IMG/VR virus record: IMGVR_UViG_3300022221_000009
Coordinates: 1-57,503 of that record
Reading direction: 5' to 3' (one strand)
DNA: 57,503 nucleotides
Origin: a virus
Lineage: Duplodnaviria > Caudoviricetes
The position numbers and the translations under genes are program-made. The notes below the pieces were generated by a model, which was not told the DNA's origin, did not search any database, and worked only from the letters and a program-made list of their open reading frames with translations. Below are positions 16,881 through 25,314 of this stretch, in pieces; position 1 is the first letter of the stretch; each line of letters starts with the position of its first letter.

Positions 16881-16901
16881 TAATAACAGGAGATATGGGA
16901 T

Positions 16902-17240
16902 ATGGGAACCATGAAAATTTTAAAAACAGACGGCACGCAAACAGACGAAGAATGTGTCGATGTTTACGAAGGGCAATCCTCTATGAGGGAAAGGCTAAAA
17001 GAGATTGTCGGCGGTGATATTGAGCATGTACACGTATTGTATGAAGAAAAACCTGCTTACATGGTTGTCAACGAAACCGGCGCAGTACAGAGCCCACCAT
17101 TACCAGTCAACAAAGAGGCTTCACATATTTATCACGCCGCATCAGCAAAGCGTGAAGGCTTAACGCTTGATCAAGCTTTTAATGAGTACCCGCCAGTGCA
17201 TGGCGATGTTGCTGTGCTGTTTGATTGTAAGGTTCGATAA
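16902..17240 (+). CDS. DUF3846-like protein
   Basis: LKEIVGGDIE, MVVNETG, LPVN..AS and VHGDVAVL motifs. Confidence 0.65.
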   Translation: MGTMKILKTDGTQTDEECVDVYEGQSSMRERLKEIVGGDIEHVHVLYEEKPAYMVVNETGAVQSPPLPVNKEASHIYHAASAKREGLTLDQAFNEYPPVHGDVAVLFDCKVR

Positions 17241-17245
17241 CGGTC

Positions 17246-17434
17246 ATGCCCCAAATCGCCCAATCCCAAACCATCAACACCCAAACGGTCATCATTGACA
17301 AATATGGGCTCCGGTTCTGTCAGTGCCGATACTGTAACGGTTTAATTCCATTAGGTCCAAATGAAGAACCAAGTCTATTGGGCGAAACATGCTCTATTGA
17401 ATGTAAGTTGCGAGATATCGAACATTACAACTAA
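17246..17434 (+). CDS. Small Cys-rich hypothetical protein
   Basis: CRYC and CSIEC motifs. Confidence 0.45.
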   Translation: MPQIAQSQTINTQTVIIDKYGLRFCQCRYCNGLIPLGPNEEPSLLGETCSIECKLRDIEHYN

Positions 17435-17796
17435 AAAAAGGAAAGGATATGAAACAGATTAAATTTAAAACCACCGCCAACATCGTCGATGTATGGCATG
17501 CAAATTTAAGGAATGGTCGCGCAATTATCTCTACTGTATCAGTCAAGCGGATGAATCAAGCCGTTATTCGTAATCGCCGCTGTATGGGTATACGGCACTA
17601 ACAAAAAGGAAAAATATAATGGAAGTAGAAAAATATATTGGATATATCTACCTGCTTTTTTTATTTGGTTTCGCCTGTTACGCATTAATCATTTTTTTTC
17701 TTTTTCGCAGCGAAGAAGATCACGACAGAACAGAAGATGATGCAGATCAGGTTGTTTATCTGCAAGATTATAAACGCAATAAAGGAGTGTAAAAGC

Positions 17797-17982
17797 ATGC
17801 TGATATTAACACGACGAGTTGGTGAAACGCTCATGATTGGTGATGAGGTTACTGTCACGGTCCTGGGTGTAAAAGGTAATCAGGTCCGCATTGGCGTCAA
17901 TGCCCCGAAAGAGATAGCCGTTCACAGGGAAGAGATTTACGACAAGATCAAAGCCGAGAAAAAAACAGCAGTCTCAGGCTAA
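17797..17982 (+). CDS. csrA: Carbon storage regulator CsrA/RsmA homologue
   Basis: [48 protein letters not shown]; AAGGAG RBS. Confidence 0.97.
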   Translation: MLILTRRVGETLMIGDEVTVTVLGVKGNQVRIGVNAPKEIAVHREEIYDKIKAEKKTAVSG

Positions 17983-18011
17983 ACATTAAATTTACTTAGG
18001 AGTAAAACATT

Positions 18012-18980
18012 ATGGTAACAACAGCAACTGAAGTTTCAAAAGGTATCCCTTATACCGCTATCCCATTCGACACAAACAATCGTGAGGAATGGTTAGCTCT
18101 GCGTGATAAAGGTATTGGCGGTAGCGATGCCTCGATTGCGGCAGGTCTCAATCCTTATAAGACCCCTTATGAACTGTATATGGAAAAAACTGGCCAACTG
18201 AAACCAGAAGACCTCAGCAACAATGAGCGCGTTCACTTTGGGAACGTCCTGGAAGATGTCGTCGCACAGGAATATGTTCGTCGCCGGACTGAGCGTGAGG
18301 ACCGGGAAATCAAGGTACGGCGCGTCAATCGGATCCTGCAATCCAAACAACACCCCTTTATGTTAGCCAACCTGGACCGGGATGTGGTTGGAGAACCGCG
18401 CTTACTGGAGTGTAAGACCGCTGATGTCTATGCCGCCAAACCTGAATTGTGGGGGGAAGAGTTTACTGACGAAGTTCCTGAACACTATCTGATTCAAACA
18501 CAGCACTACATGAGTGTAACCGGTTATGAGGTTGCTGATCTGGCAGTCCTGATTGGCGGTAATACCTACCGGCAATACACTATCGAACGTAATGAAAACC
18601 TGATCACCAACCTGATCATGATCGAGGCCGACTTCTGGGATCGTATCAAAAAAGGCACCCCACCTGAAATCGATTATCTGGCACCCAGTACATACGACAT
18701 GCTGAAACGGCTCTATCCCGGCACCAATGGCGAAACGATTGAACTGGCCCCTGAATTAGCAGCCTGGGTCCAGACTATGAATCAGGCCGCTGAAAGGGTT
18801 AAGCAGTATGAGGCCGTCAAGTCTGGCGCCAAGAATCATATCCTGGCCGAAATGGGCGAGGCTGCCATTGCCCACATCCCCGGTATTGAGGGCGGCTTCA
18901 CACGAAAAATAGTCAATCGCAAAGGTTTTGAAGTTGACGCTACCAGTTATATCGATTTTCGATATAGCAAGAAAGCGTAA
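18012..18980 (+). CDS. YqaJ-like (lambda Exo family) recombination exonuclease
   Basis: WLALRDKGIGGSD, GNVLE, ANLD, LECKTA and YLIQTQHYM motifs. Confidence 0.92.
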   Translation: MVTTATEVSKGIPYTAIPFDTNNREEWLALRDKGIGGSDASIAAGLNPYKTPYELYMEKTGQLKPEDLSNNERVHFGNVLEDVVAQEYVRRRTEREDREIKVRRVNRILQSKQHPFMLANLDRDVVGEPRLLECKTADVYAAKPELWGEEFTDEVPEHYLIQTQHYMSVTGYEVADLAVLIGGNTYRQYTIERNENLITNLIMIEADFWDRIKKGTPPEIDYLAPSTYDMLKRLYPGTNGETIELAPELAAWVQTMNQAAERVKQYEAVKSGAKNHILAEMGEAAIAHIPGIEGGFTRKIVNRKGFEVDATSYIDFRYSKKA

Positions 18981-19006
18981 CGGTTTTTAAAAGCAAGGAG
19001 ATCATC

Positions 19007-19990
19007 ATGAATCAAGTAGTAACTAATCCGTTTGGTAAAGATAATAACCAAGCAAGTGGTATTGTCCAGGTTGAACAAAGTCGCGCCACGCAGGAAGTAC
19101 AGGCCGCAATGGTTGTTGCAAAAAAATTTCCACGCAATGAAGCCGAAGCGATGGACAGGATTTTAAAAACCTGTACCCGCCCTACTTTGGCTGTACAAGC
19201 TTTGTATGCCTATCCCAAGGGTAACACAACGGTTGCAGGCCCGAGCATCCGCTTGGCCGAGGCAATTGCACAGAACTGGGGGAACATCCAGTTTGGTATA
19301 CGCGAGTTGGAAAGGATGCACGGACAATCCACCATGGAGGCTTATGCGTGGGATTTGGAAACAAATACACGGCAGTCCAAAGTATTCTACGCAGAGCATA
19401 TCCGTCGTGCTAATGGTAAAAATAAATCACTCGATGATCCGCGTGACATTTATGAAATGACAGCCAACCTAGGCGCAAGGCGCCTACGAGCCTGTATTTT
19501 AGGTATTATTCCTGGCGACGTTGTTGATCATGCCGTCAAGCAAGTTGAAGTCACATTAAACAATCAGCATGGCGCACCGGAAGAGCAGATCACAAAGTTA
19601 GTTGAAGCTTTCGCTGCCTTTGGTGTAACGAAAGATATCCTTGCGAAACGGTTAGGTCATCGTGTTGAAAGTTGTATCAGTGCGGAAATTATCAACCTGC
19701 GGACTATTTACACAGCAATTCGTGACTGTGTTGGTAAGCCGGAAGATTATTTTGATATGCCTACCACAAACAACACCACCCCTCCTGCTCAAACCAATAA
19801 CAGCGGATCTCGATCCGATAGTATTGCAACCAAACTTACTTCTATTTCCGAACCTGCGGCACCAGCAGAAGAAGCAACCGCAACAGATGCAAGTGTGGTA
19901 AACGACGATGTACCACCCAATGTCGGTGATTTTGGCTTGCCGGATAATTACGGGGAAGAAAGTGCCGCTGAGTCGCGCCCAGAAGAGTGA
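19007..19990 (+). CDS. Putative single-strand annealing/recombination partner of YqaJ
   Basis: Adjacent to the exonuclease; EVQAAMVVAKKFPR and GPSIRLAE motifs; acidic disordered tail. Confidence 0.6.
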   Translation: MNQVVTNPFGKDNNQASGIVQVEQSRATQEVQAAMVVAKKFPRNEAEAMDRILKTCTRPTLAVQALYAYPKGNTTVAGPSIRLAEAIAQNWGNIQFGIRELERMHGQSTMEAYAWDLETNTRQSKVFYAEHIRRANGKNKSLDDPRDIYEMTANLGARRLRACILGIIPGDVVDHAVKQVEVTLNNQHGAPEEQITKLVEAFAAFGVTKDILAKRLGHRVESCISAEIINLRTIYTAIRDCVGKPEDYFDMPTTNNTTPPAQTNNSGSRSDSIATKLTSISEPAAPAEEATATDASVVNDDVPPNVGDFGLPDNYGEESAAESRPEE

Positions 19991-20237
19991 AGCAAACCCC
20001 CTTGCCCGTTTAGAGGAAGTCAAAGCCAAGCATCTACAACTGGCCACCCCTGACTTCCTCGAACGGCACCGGGCCTTTTGTGCTGCGGAAATAGATGATG
20101 ATCGGATCCGCTGCCTGGATTGCGAAAAGTGGGAGTTTAAACCGTATTATAAAAAATGGGAATGTATAGATAACGCTGGGTGTGTGCCAGATATATTACG
20201 CCGCTGTCTCCGATCAATAAAAAAGAAAGAAGGTTGA
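19908..20237 (+). CDS. Hypothetical Cys-containing protein (start uncertain)
   Basis: DDRIRCLDC...LRRC pattern. Confidence 0.45.
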   Translation: MYHPMSVILACRIITGKKVPLSRAQKSEANPLARLEEVKAKHLQLATPDFLERHRAFCAAEIDDDRIRCLDCEKWEFKPYYKKWECIDNAGCVPDILRRCLRSIKKKEG

Positions 20238-20241
20238 ATTA

Positions 20242-20586
20242 ATGATCACAAAGCAAATGAGCATTGCCATACATGTTATGACCACTCTAGCAAGAAAAGG
20301 ATCAACAACAGGACCAGCAATTGCCGCAGAATTGAAGTGTTCACAAACCTATGTGGCAAATATTATGAGAAAGTTAACTGAATCCGGTTATATCGTGGGG
20401 TTTAGTGGGTATGGTGGTGGCCGAATACTGAACGTACAAGCTAACGATATAACGCTGGCTAACATTGTCAGCATCTTTATTAATACTGATAACATCGATG
20501 GTGACGCAAAAATAGTATCTGATTTAATTATCCATAATCTCAACAAGATCACTTTATCAGATTTTGTTACTCGAAAGATGGTATAG
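20242..20586 (+). CDS. Rrf2-family winged-helix regulator
   Basis: AIHVMTTLA, IAAELKCSQTYVANIMRKL, G.GGG and ITL..I motifs. Confidence 0.75.
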   Translation: MITKQMSIAIHVMTTLARKGSTTGPAIAAELKCSQTYVANIMRKLTESGYIVGFSGYGGGRILNVQANDITLANIVSIFINTDNIDGDAKIVSDLIIHNLNKITLSDFVTRKMV

Positions 20587-20719
20587 ATATGTCAAATAAC
20601 GACAACAAATTTTATCTAATAGAAATGGTTGTGGTATCAGTCGGATTACTGATTGTTATTTATTTGCCTGATGTCATAAATTATTTTTTAACATATTAAA
20701 TTTAACAGGAGCATAAACC

Positions 20720-20998
20720 ATGCAACCAACAAACGATCCAAAATACGGCATTAACGAACAAGGTCAAATTTGCAATATCGCCACCGGCAAACCTATTCCG
20801 AATGATGAACCGATAATGATTTTTCGTGGCCAGGATGACTTAGCCGCCCAGGTTATCGCATATTATGAAAACTTGGTTGCTACTGGCGAACACAAAGCAG
20901 CAGTAGAAAGCCGTATTCATGATTTCAACAAATTCAAACGTGATCATCCTGAGCGCGTAAAAATGCCTGATACCGTGTTTCCTTTTCCTGCTGTTTAG
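20720..20998 (+). CDS. Hypothetical phage protein
   Basis: AGGAG RBS; IPNDEPIMIFRGQD.LA motif. Confidence 0.7.
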   Translation: MQPTNDPKYGINEQGQICNIATGKPIPNDEPIMIFRGQDDLAAQVIAYYENLVATGEHKAAVESRIHDFNKFKRDHPERVKMPDTVFPFPAV

Positions 20999-21006
20999 GT
21001 ATCGCC

Positions 21007-22065
21007 ATGACCAAAATCGAATGGACCGACGCCACCTGGAACCCCATCACCGGCTGCACCAAAGTCAGTGACGGCTGCAAACACTGCTATGCCGAACGGG
21101 TCTGGAAACGACTGGCCGGAAACCCGCACTGTGAATACTTCAAGCGGCCCTTTACTGACGTGCAATGCCACCCGGTACGCCTTGGTCAGCCCTTGCGCTG
21201 GAAAAAGCCCCGGATGATATTCGTCAACAGTATGTCGGATTTGTTTCATGAGTCGATACCCTTCGAATACATCGCCTCAGTCTTTGCCATCATGGGAGTC
21301 ACCACCCGGCATACCTATCAGGTACTCACCAAGCGGCCTGAGCGTATGCTGGAGTTTTTTGAATGGATAGATGATTGTGGTGGGATATTTCCGGGCGACG
21401 AAATATGGGAGTACTGGCCAGAGCATGTTAAGTGGAAGGGTTACGACAACTGCGGCCCAGGCTACCCCTTTGAAAACGTCTGGCTTGGCGTATCAGTCGA
21501 AGATCAGAAAACCGCAAACGAACGGATCCCCTTGCTACTCCAGACCCCGGCCGCTGTCCGGTGGTTATCCATCGAGCCCATGCTGGGGGCGATTGACTTA
21601 AGAATTCCATTAAATCTTATGTGGCTTGTTACAACACCATTTAGCGCCCGCACCGGCTATGTGGGGAAAAGCACCTCTGGCTGGCGACCGTCTTACAGGA
21701 TTGATGACCCAGACGAAACGCCTATACCACCCGATATTAACTGGGTAGTCGTCGGCGGCGAATCCGGCCCCAAAGCCCGCCCCATGCACCCCGACTGGGT
21801 CCGTTCCGTGCGCGACCAATGCCAGGCCGCTGGCGTGCCGTTCTTTTTTAAGCAGCATGGTGAGTGGATAGCCTCAGCTTTTTGTGCTGATGATCAAGCA
21901 GATGTCAAATGCCAAGAGGCTTATATCAGGCGGGATGGCTATGTTCATAATGGTGATAACGGCGTTGATTTCTTCGGATCAGACGAGCAAGTGCTTCGTC
22001 TCGGCAAAAAGAAAGCAGGCCGCACCCTCGACGGCAGGACATGGGAGGAATATCCCGATGCGTGA
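21007..22065 (+). CDS. DUF5131 (phage Gp37/Gp68) protein
   Basis: TKIEWTDATWNPITGCTKVSDGCKHCYA, FVNSMSDLFH, GGESG and FFFKQ motifs. Confidence 0.92.
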   Translation: MTKIEWTDATWNPITGCTKVSDGCKHCYAERVWKRLAGNPHCEYFKRPFTDVQCHPVRLGQPLRWKKPRMIFVNSMSDLFHESIPFEYIASVFAIMGVTTRHTYQVLTKRPERMLEFFEWIDDCGGIFPGDEIWEYWPEHVKWKGYDNCGPGYPFENVWLGVSVEDQKTANERIPLLLQTPAAVRWLSIEPMLGAIDLRIPLNLMWLVTTPFSARTGYVGKSTSGWRPSYRIDDPDETPIPPDINWVVVGGESGPKARPMHPDWVRSVRDQCQAAGVPFFFKQHGEWIASAFCADDQADVKCQEAYIRRDGYVHNGDNGVDFFGSDEQVLRLGKKKAGRTLDGRTWEEYPDA

Positions 22066-22186
22066 CCACCCCATCCTATTCAGCGCCGACATGGTCCGGG
22101 CCATCATCCACGGAAATAAGACCCAGACGCGGCGCATTGCAAAACCACTTGATATGAAAGGGCTTGGATTGAGTTATAGCCAATAG
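22058..22186 (+). pseudogene. Truncated ASCH-like phage protein
   Basis: MRDHPILFSADMVRAIIHGNKTQTRR then a stop after 42 aa, at the first linker repeat. Confidence 0.65.
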
Positions 22187-22202
22187 ATAAGGGTAAATAG
22201 AT

Positions 22203-22454
22203 ATGAATATACATTGCTGGTGGTTTGGATGTGAGCCGCACCCACAAGACCCCGCGCCACCTGAATTTCTGGAATGTGAAAGGTGTGGGGAGATTGTTGA
22301 TTATAGCGATCTTGTTGGCGATACCAGACATAACCGATTTAAAGAATGGTGCAGTTATTATCTATTCAGAAAATGGCTTCCAGAGAAGTGCCCTGATTGC
22401 AACAAACGATGGAACAAGGAAGATTGCAGCCGTTGTGATGGTTTGCCTTTCTAA
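22203..22454 (+). CDS. Cys/His-rich hypothetical protein
   Basis: Bounded exactly by linker repeats; CxxC pairs. Confidence 0.7.
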   Translation: MNIHCWWFGCEPHPQDPAPPEFLECERCGEIVDYSDLVGDTRHNRFKEWCSYYLFRKWLPEKCPDCNKRWNKEDCSRCDGLPF

Positions 22455-22478
22455 CATATACGATAAGGGTAAATAGAT

Positions 22479-22766
22479 ATGAGTGAACATGAATTAAAAA
22501 CAGATTCAAAAGTATTTGACGATGTTGCCGCAGGCTGTAAGTCTTTTGAAATTCGTTTCAATGACCGCGGATACCGGCAAGGCGATTTACTTATTTTACG
22601 GAAAACAAAACATACCGGGAAAGAAATGAAAGAAGGTAAGCCGCTAGAATATATTGGCCCTCCTTTGTATGTATACGTTACTTACATTCTGTATGGCCCT
22701 ATCTATGGGCTAGCTGATGGCTGGGTAATTATGGCAATTAAGCCAAGAGATACCGCTGGCAAGTAA
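22479..22766 (+). CDS. DUF3850/ASCH-like protein
   Basis: HELK...F..V..G.KSFEIRFNDRGY..GD motif. Confidence 0.8.
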   Translation: MSEHELKTDSKVFDDVAAGCKSFEIRFNDRGYRQGDLLILRKTKHTGKEMKEGKPLEYIGPPLYVYVTYILYGPIYGLADGWVIMAIKPRDTAGK

Positions 22767-22789
22767 CATATACGATAAGGGGAATAGAT

Positions 22790-23083
22790 ATGAGCAAAAG
22801 AATGTGCGATAACCACCCAGATAGGCTGTCAATAAAGCTTGTCCGAATATATCCGTACCCTGACGCGCCTGAATTATTGTATATGTGCACTGAATGCCTA
22901 AAAGAACATGAGCAAGCAGAAAAAGAAAATGCTATTGACAATTGTGACTGGTGTGGCAAAGAGGCTGATAAGTTTCATGCCACCAAAGATATTGACGAAG
23001 GGTTAGCCGGAATATACTACAAGGTTTGCGACCCATGCTATAAAAAATATCAGGCTCAATTACGTCAAGAGCTTGTTGATTAA
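22790..23083 (+). CDS. Zn-finger-like hypothetical protein
   Basis: CDNH, CTEC, CDWC and CDPC motifs; bounded by linker repeats. Confidence 0.7.
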   Translation: MSKRMCDNHPDRLSIKLVRIYPYPDAPELLYMCTECLKEHEQAEKENAIDNCDWCGKEADKFHATKDIDEGLAGIYYKVCDPCYKKYQAQLRQELVD

Positions 23084-23104
23084 CATATACGATAAGGGGA
23101 ATAG

Positions 23105-23407
23105 ATGATGGATAAGCAAATTGAAGACATGAAGAAGTATACCGATCTTATCCCGTGGTATTGGATTGCTTATGGCGAAAAATGCTATGCGTTTGCTGTG
23201 GTCGAGGCGTTCCAGATAAATGAAGATGACCCGCTTCCCGATCCTGGCAGCATGCTTGAACTAGGGGATGATGGCTGGATTGGTAAAAATGGCACTCGCA
23301 TGATGATTAACGCCTACATCTCTGATATTGAGAGCCAGAACGGCGGGGCTATTTGCGCGTTTATTGCGGCTGCACATGCTCATTTTTTACCAACAGGCAC
23401 ATATTAA
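23105..23407 (+). CDS. Hypothetical protein
   Basis: Bounded by linker repeats. Confidence 0.65.
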   Translation: MMDKQIEDMKKYTDLIPWYWIAYGEKCYAFAVVEAFQINEDDPLPDPGSMLELGDDGWIGKNGTRMMINAYISDIESQNGGAICAFIAAAHAHFLPTGTY

Positions 23408-23427
23408 CACACCATAGGGGAATAGTG

Positions 23428-23592
23428 ATGGAAATAAAAACTAAGGAAGATTACGAAAAAGCATGTAACGAATATGATGCAGCCCAACGGTTTTATACAG
23501 GTAGTGAAGACCCGGAGGTGATTAAAAAGGCTGGCGAGAGAGTGTCTGAGCTAGAAAAGGCTTTTGAAGATTGCGAATTCACGAACGATTAA
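23428..23592 (+). CDS. Small acidic hypothetical protein (54 aa)
   Basis: MEIKTKEDY...; bounded by linker repeats. Confidence 0.6.
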   Translation: MEIKTKEDYEKACNEYDAAQRFYTGSEDPEVIKKAGERVSELEKAFEDCEFTND

Positions 23593-23607
23593 CACACCAT
23601 AGGGGGA

Positions 23608-23856
23608 GTGATGGACAATACCAGCACAGCGACACAAAAAACGGATGACATAATGACAATAGAGAAGATTAATGAAGCTGTCGCATTAATAAAAGCCTTG
23701 GTTCCTAAAGAGGCTCCAGAAGATTGTCATTTAATTAGAGGCGTAACTGGTTTAAATATCATAAAGAATAACATGATGCCAGATGACACCATCATGGTAA
23801 GCAAAAGACTGTTTGATATGATATTTGAGTCAGCACAGGAACAGGATAATGAGTGA
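23608..23856 (+). CDS. Hypothetical protein
   Basis: Follows the last linker repeat. Confidence 0.6.
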   Translation: MMDNTSTATQKTDDIMTIEKINEAVALIKALVPKEAPEDCHLIRGVTGLNIIKNNMMPDDTIMVSKRLFDMIFESAQEQDNE

Positions 23857-24256
23857 TACAGGCAGACCAGATTCAGGGAAAAACATTTACAAGCACGGCA
23901 GACTTAAAACACGTAAAGAAATGGACGAAGATAGAATGAATGAGATGAAAGATATAACAGGAGGAAAGATTGAACAATTAACAGATAAAGCTCTTAATGG
24001 GGCTTTAAGGGATAGCATCAAAGTTGTTGCCAGTCCCGCTGAATTATTGAAACAAATATCCCAACTCCAAACAGAGAATGAAAGGCTGAGGGATGCGCTA
24101 AATGATGCGTATAAGTATATTCACAAACAAGGGACTTTAGGTGATTGGACCTGTAAGCAGTGTCGCCCTAGTAGCGGTATATTAGTTGATGGGTTTGTTT
24201 GTCAATTTCACAAGGCAGAAGCTGCATTACAGGACAATACGGCTGGAGGAAAATAA
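23849..24256 (+). CDS. Hypothetical coiled-coil/Zn-finger protein
   Basis: LQTENERLRDAL coil plus CKQC/CQFH. Confidence 0.55.
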   Translation: MSDTGRPDSGKNIYKHGRLKTRKEMDEDRMNEMKDITGGKIEQLTDKALNGALRDSIKVVASPAELLKQISQLQTENERLRDALNDAYKYIHKQGTLGDWTCKQCRPSSGILVDGFVCQFHKAEAALQDNTAGGK

Positions 24257-24414
24257 TGGATAAGACTGAAGAACTAACCAAAGCCGCCGAAGCAATTAAC
24301 ACCCTGGCGTTATTATTTCAGGCCGACAGTGAAGAGATCATCGAATTACTGACCGGCACTGTTGTTGATGAAGAAGAAGCGGGACAGTTGAAGTTAATTT
24401 GCGAGGGGGAATAG
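24256..24414 (+). CDS. Small acidic hypothetical protein
   Basis: GGAGG RBS and TAATG coupling. Confidence 0.5.
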   Translation: MDKTEELTKAAEAINTLALLFQADSEEIIELLTGTVVDEEEAGQLKLICEGE

Positions 24415-24416
24415 CT

Positions 24417-25001
24417 ATGAACACCGAAGCATATCCATTGCAATGGCCAGAAGGCCGACCACGGACACCAAAACACAGCAGAATTGATTCTAAAATGTCT
24501 GACAAGTTTACTCAGACCAGAGATCAATTAATAAATGAAATAAAACTCCTAAAAGGTAAATTACCGGTTATATCGTCTTGCTTAATGTTGAGAAAGGACG
24601 GTCTTCCTTTATCTCATCAAAGAGCCCCCGAGGATACTGGTGTAGCTGTTTATTTTACTTACAACGATAAACAAATGTGTTTTGCTTGCGACAAATACAA
24701 AAAGATTGCGCACAACTTACGGGCCATCACTTTAACAATCGAAGCTCTAAGAGGCATTGCCAGATGGGGGACCGGCGACATGATGGAACAGGCCTTTTCT
24801 GGTTTCGCTGCCCTGCCAGACCATAGTGGTGAATCATGGCGGGATATTCTTGGCGCACACGATGTTAACTCTATCTCTGCCATAGAGCATAAATACAAGT
24901 TATTGCGATCAAAATACCATCCAGACAAAGGCGGCGATGCGGTAATGTTTCATAAAATCAATAAGGCTTGGGAACAGGCAAAGGCAGAATGTGAGGATTG
25001 A
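24417..25001 (+). CDS. Phage protein with C-terminal J-domain
   Basis: AYPLQWPEGRPRT, D.GVAVYF, and YKLLRSKYHPDKGG. Confidence 0.85.
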   Translation: MNTEAYPLQWPEGRPRTPKHSRIDSKMSDKFTQTRDQLINEIKLLKGKLPVISSCLMLRKDGLPLSHQRAPEDTGVAVYFTYNDKQMCFACDKYKKIAHNLRAITLTIEALRGIARWGTGDMMEQAFSGFAALPDHSGESWRDILGAHDVNSISAIEHKYKLLRSKYHPDKGGDAVMFHKINKAWEQAKAECED

Positions 25002-25003
25002 TT

Positions 25004-25150
25004 GTGAGTGATGTAACCTGCCCATACTGCAACAACCTGGCTGAGCTGACCAGTTCAACAGAAGTCTATAACGGGCGCGACTATGGCCCTGTGTATCTCT
25101 GCCGGCCGTGCTGGGCTTATGTCGGCTGTCACTCGGGTACCACACATTGA
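25004..25150 (+). pseudogene. Truncated DUF3268-like Zn-finger protein
   Basis: VTCPYC...VYNGRDYG.VYLCRPCWAYVGCH.GT then a stop after 48 aa. Confidence 0.6.
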
Positions 25151-25314
25151 AAGCAACATGTAAACATAAATTTATTTCTACGGGATACAAAGTTCCGATT
25201 TACCCTCATATTGGGCCACCTCATGTAGCAAAACGTACTCAGCTGAGGTATGCAATTATTTATGAATGTAAATATTGTGGTTTCCAAGAAAATAGAGAAG
25301 CACTTTAACTGCTT

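Larger units (their letters stand above)
22186..23613 (+). repeat. Six conserved stop-to-start linker repeats separating small genes
   Basis: TAACATATACGATAAGGG(T/G)AA(A)TAGAT at 22452, 22764, 23081 (partial copy at 22186); TAACACACCATAGGGG at 23405 and 23590. Confidence 0.85.

Noticed and set aside
22186-23613. Integron attC sites or CRISPR array
   Set aside because: Linkers lack the long palindrome and GTTRRRY core, no IntI is seen, and the intervening units are whole genes.
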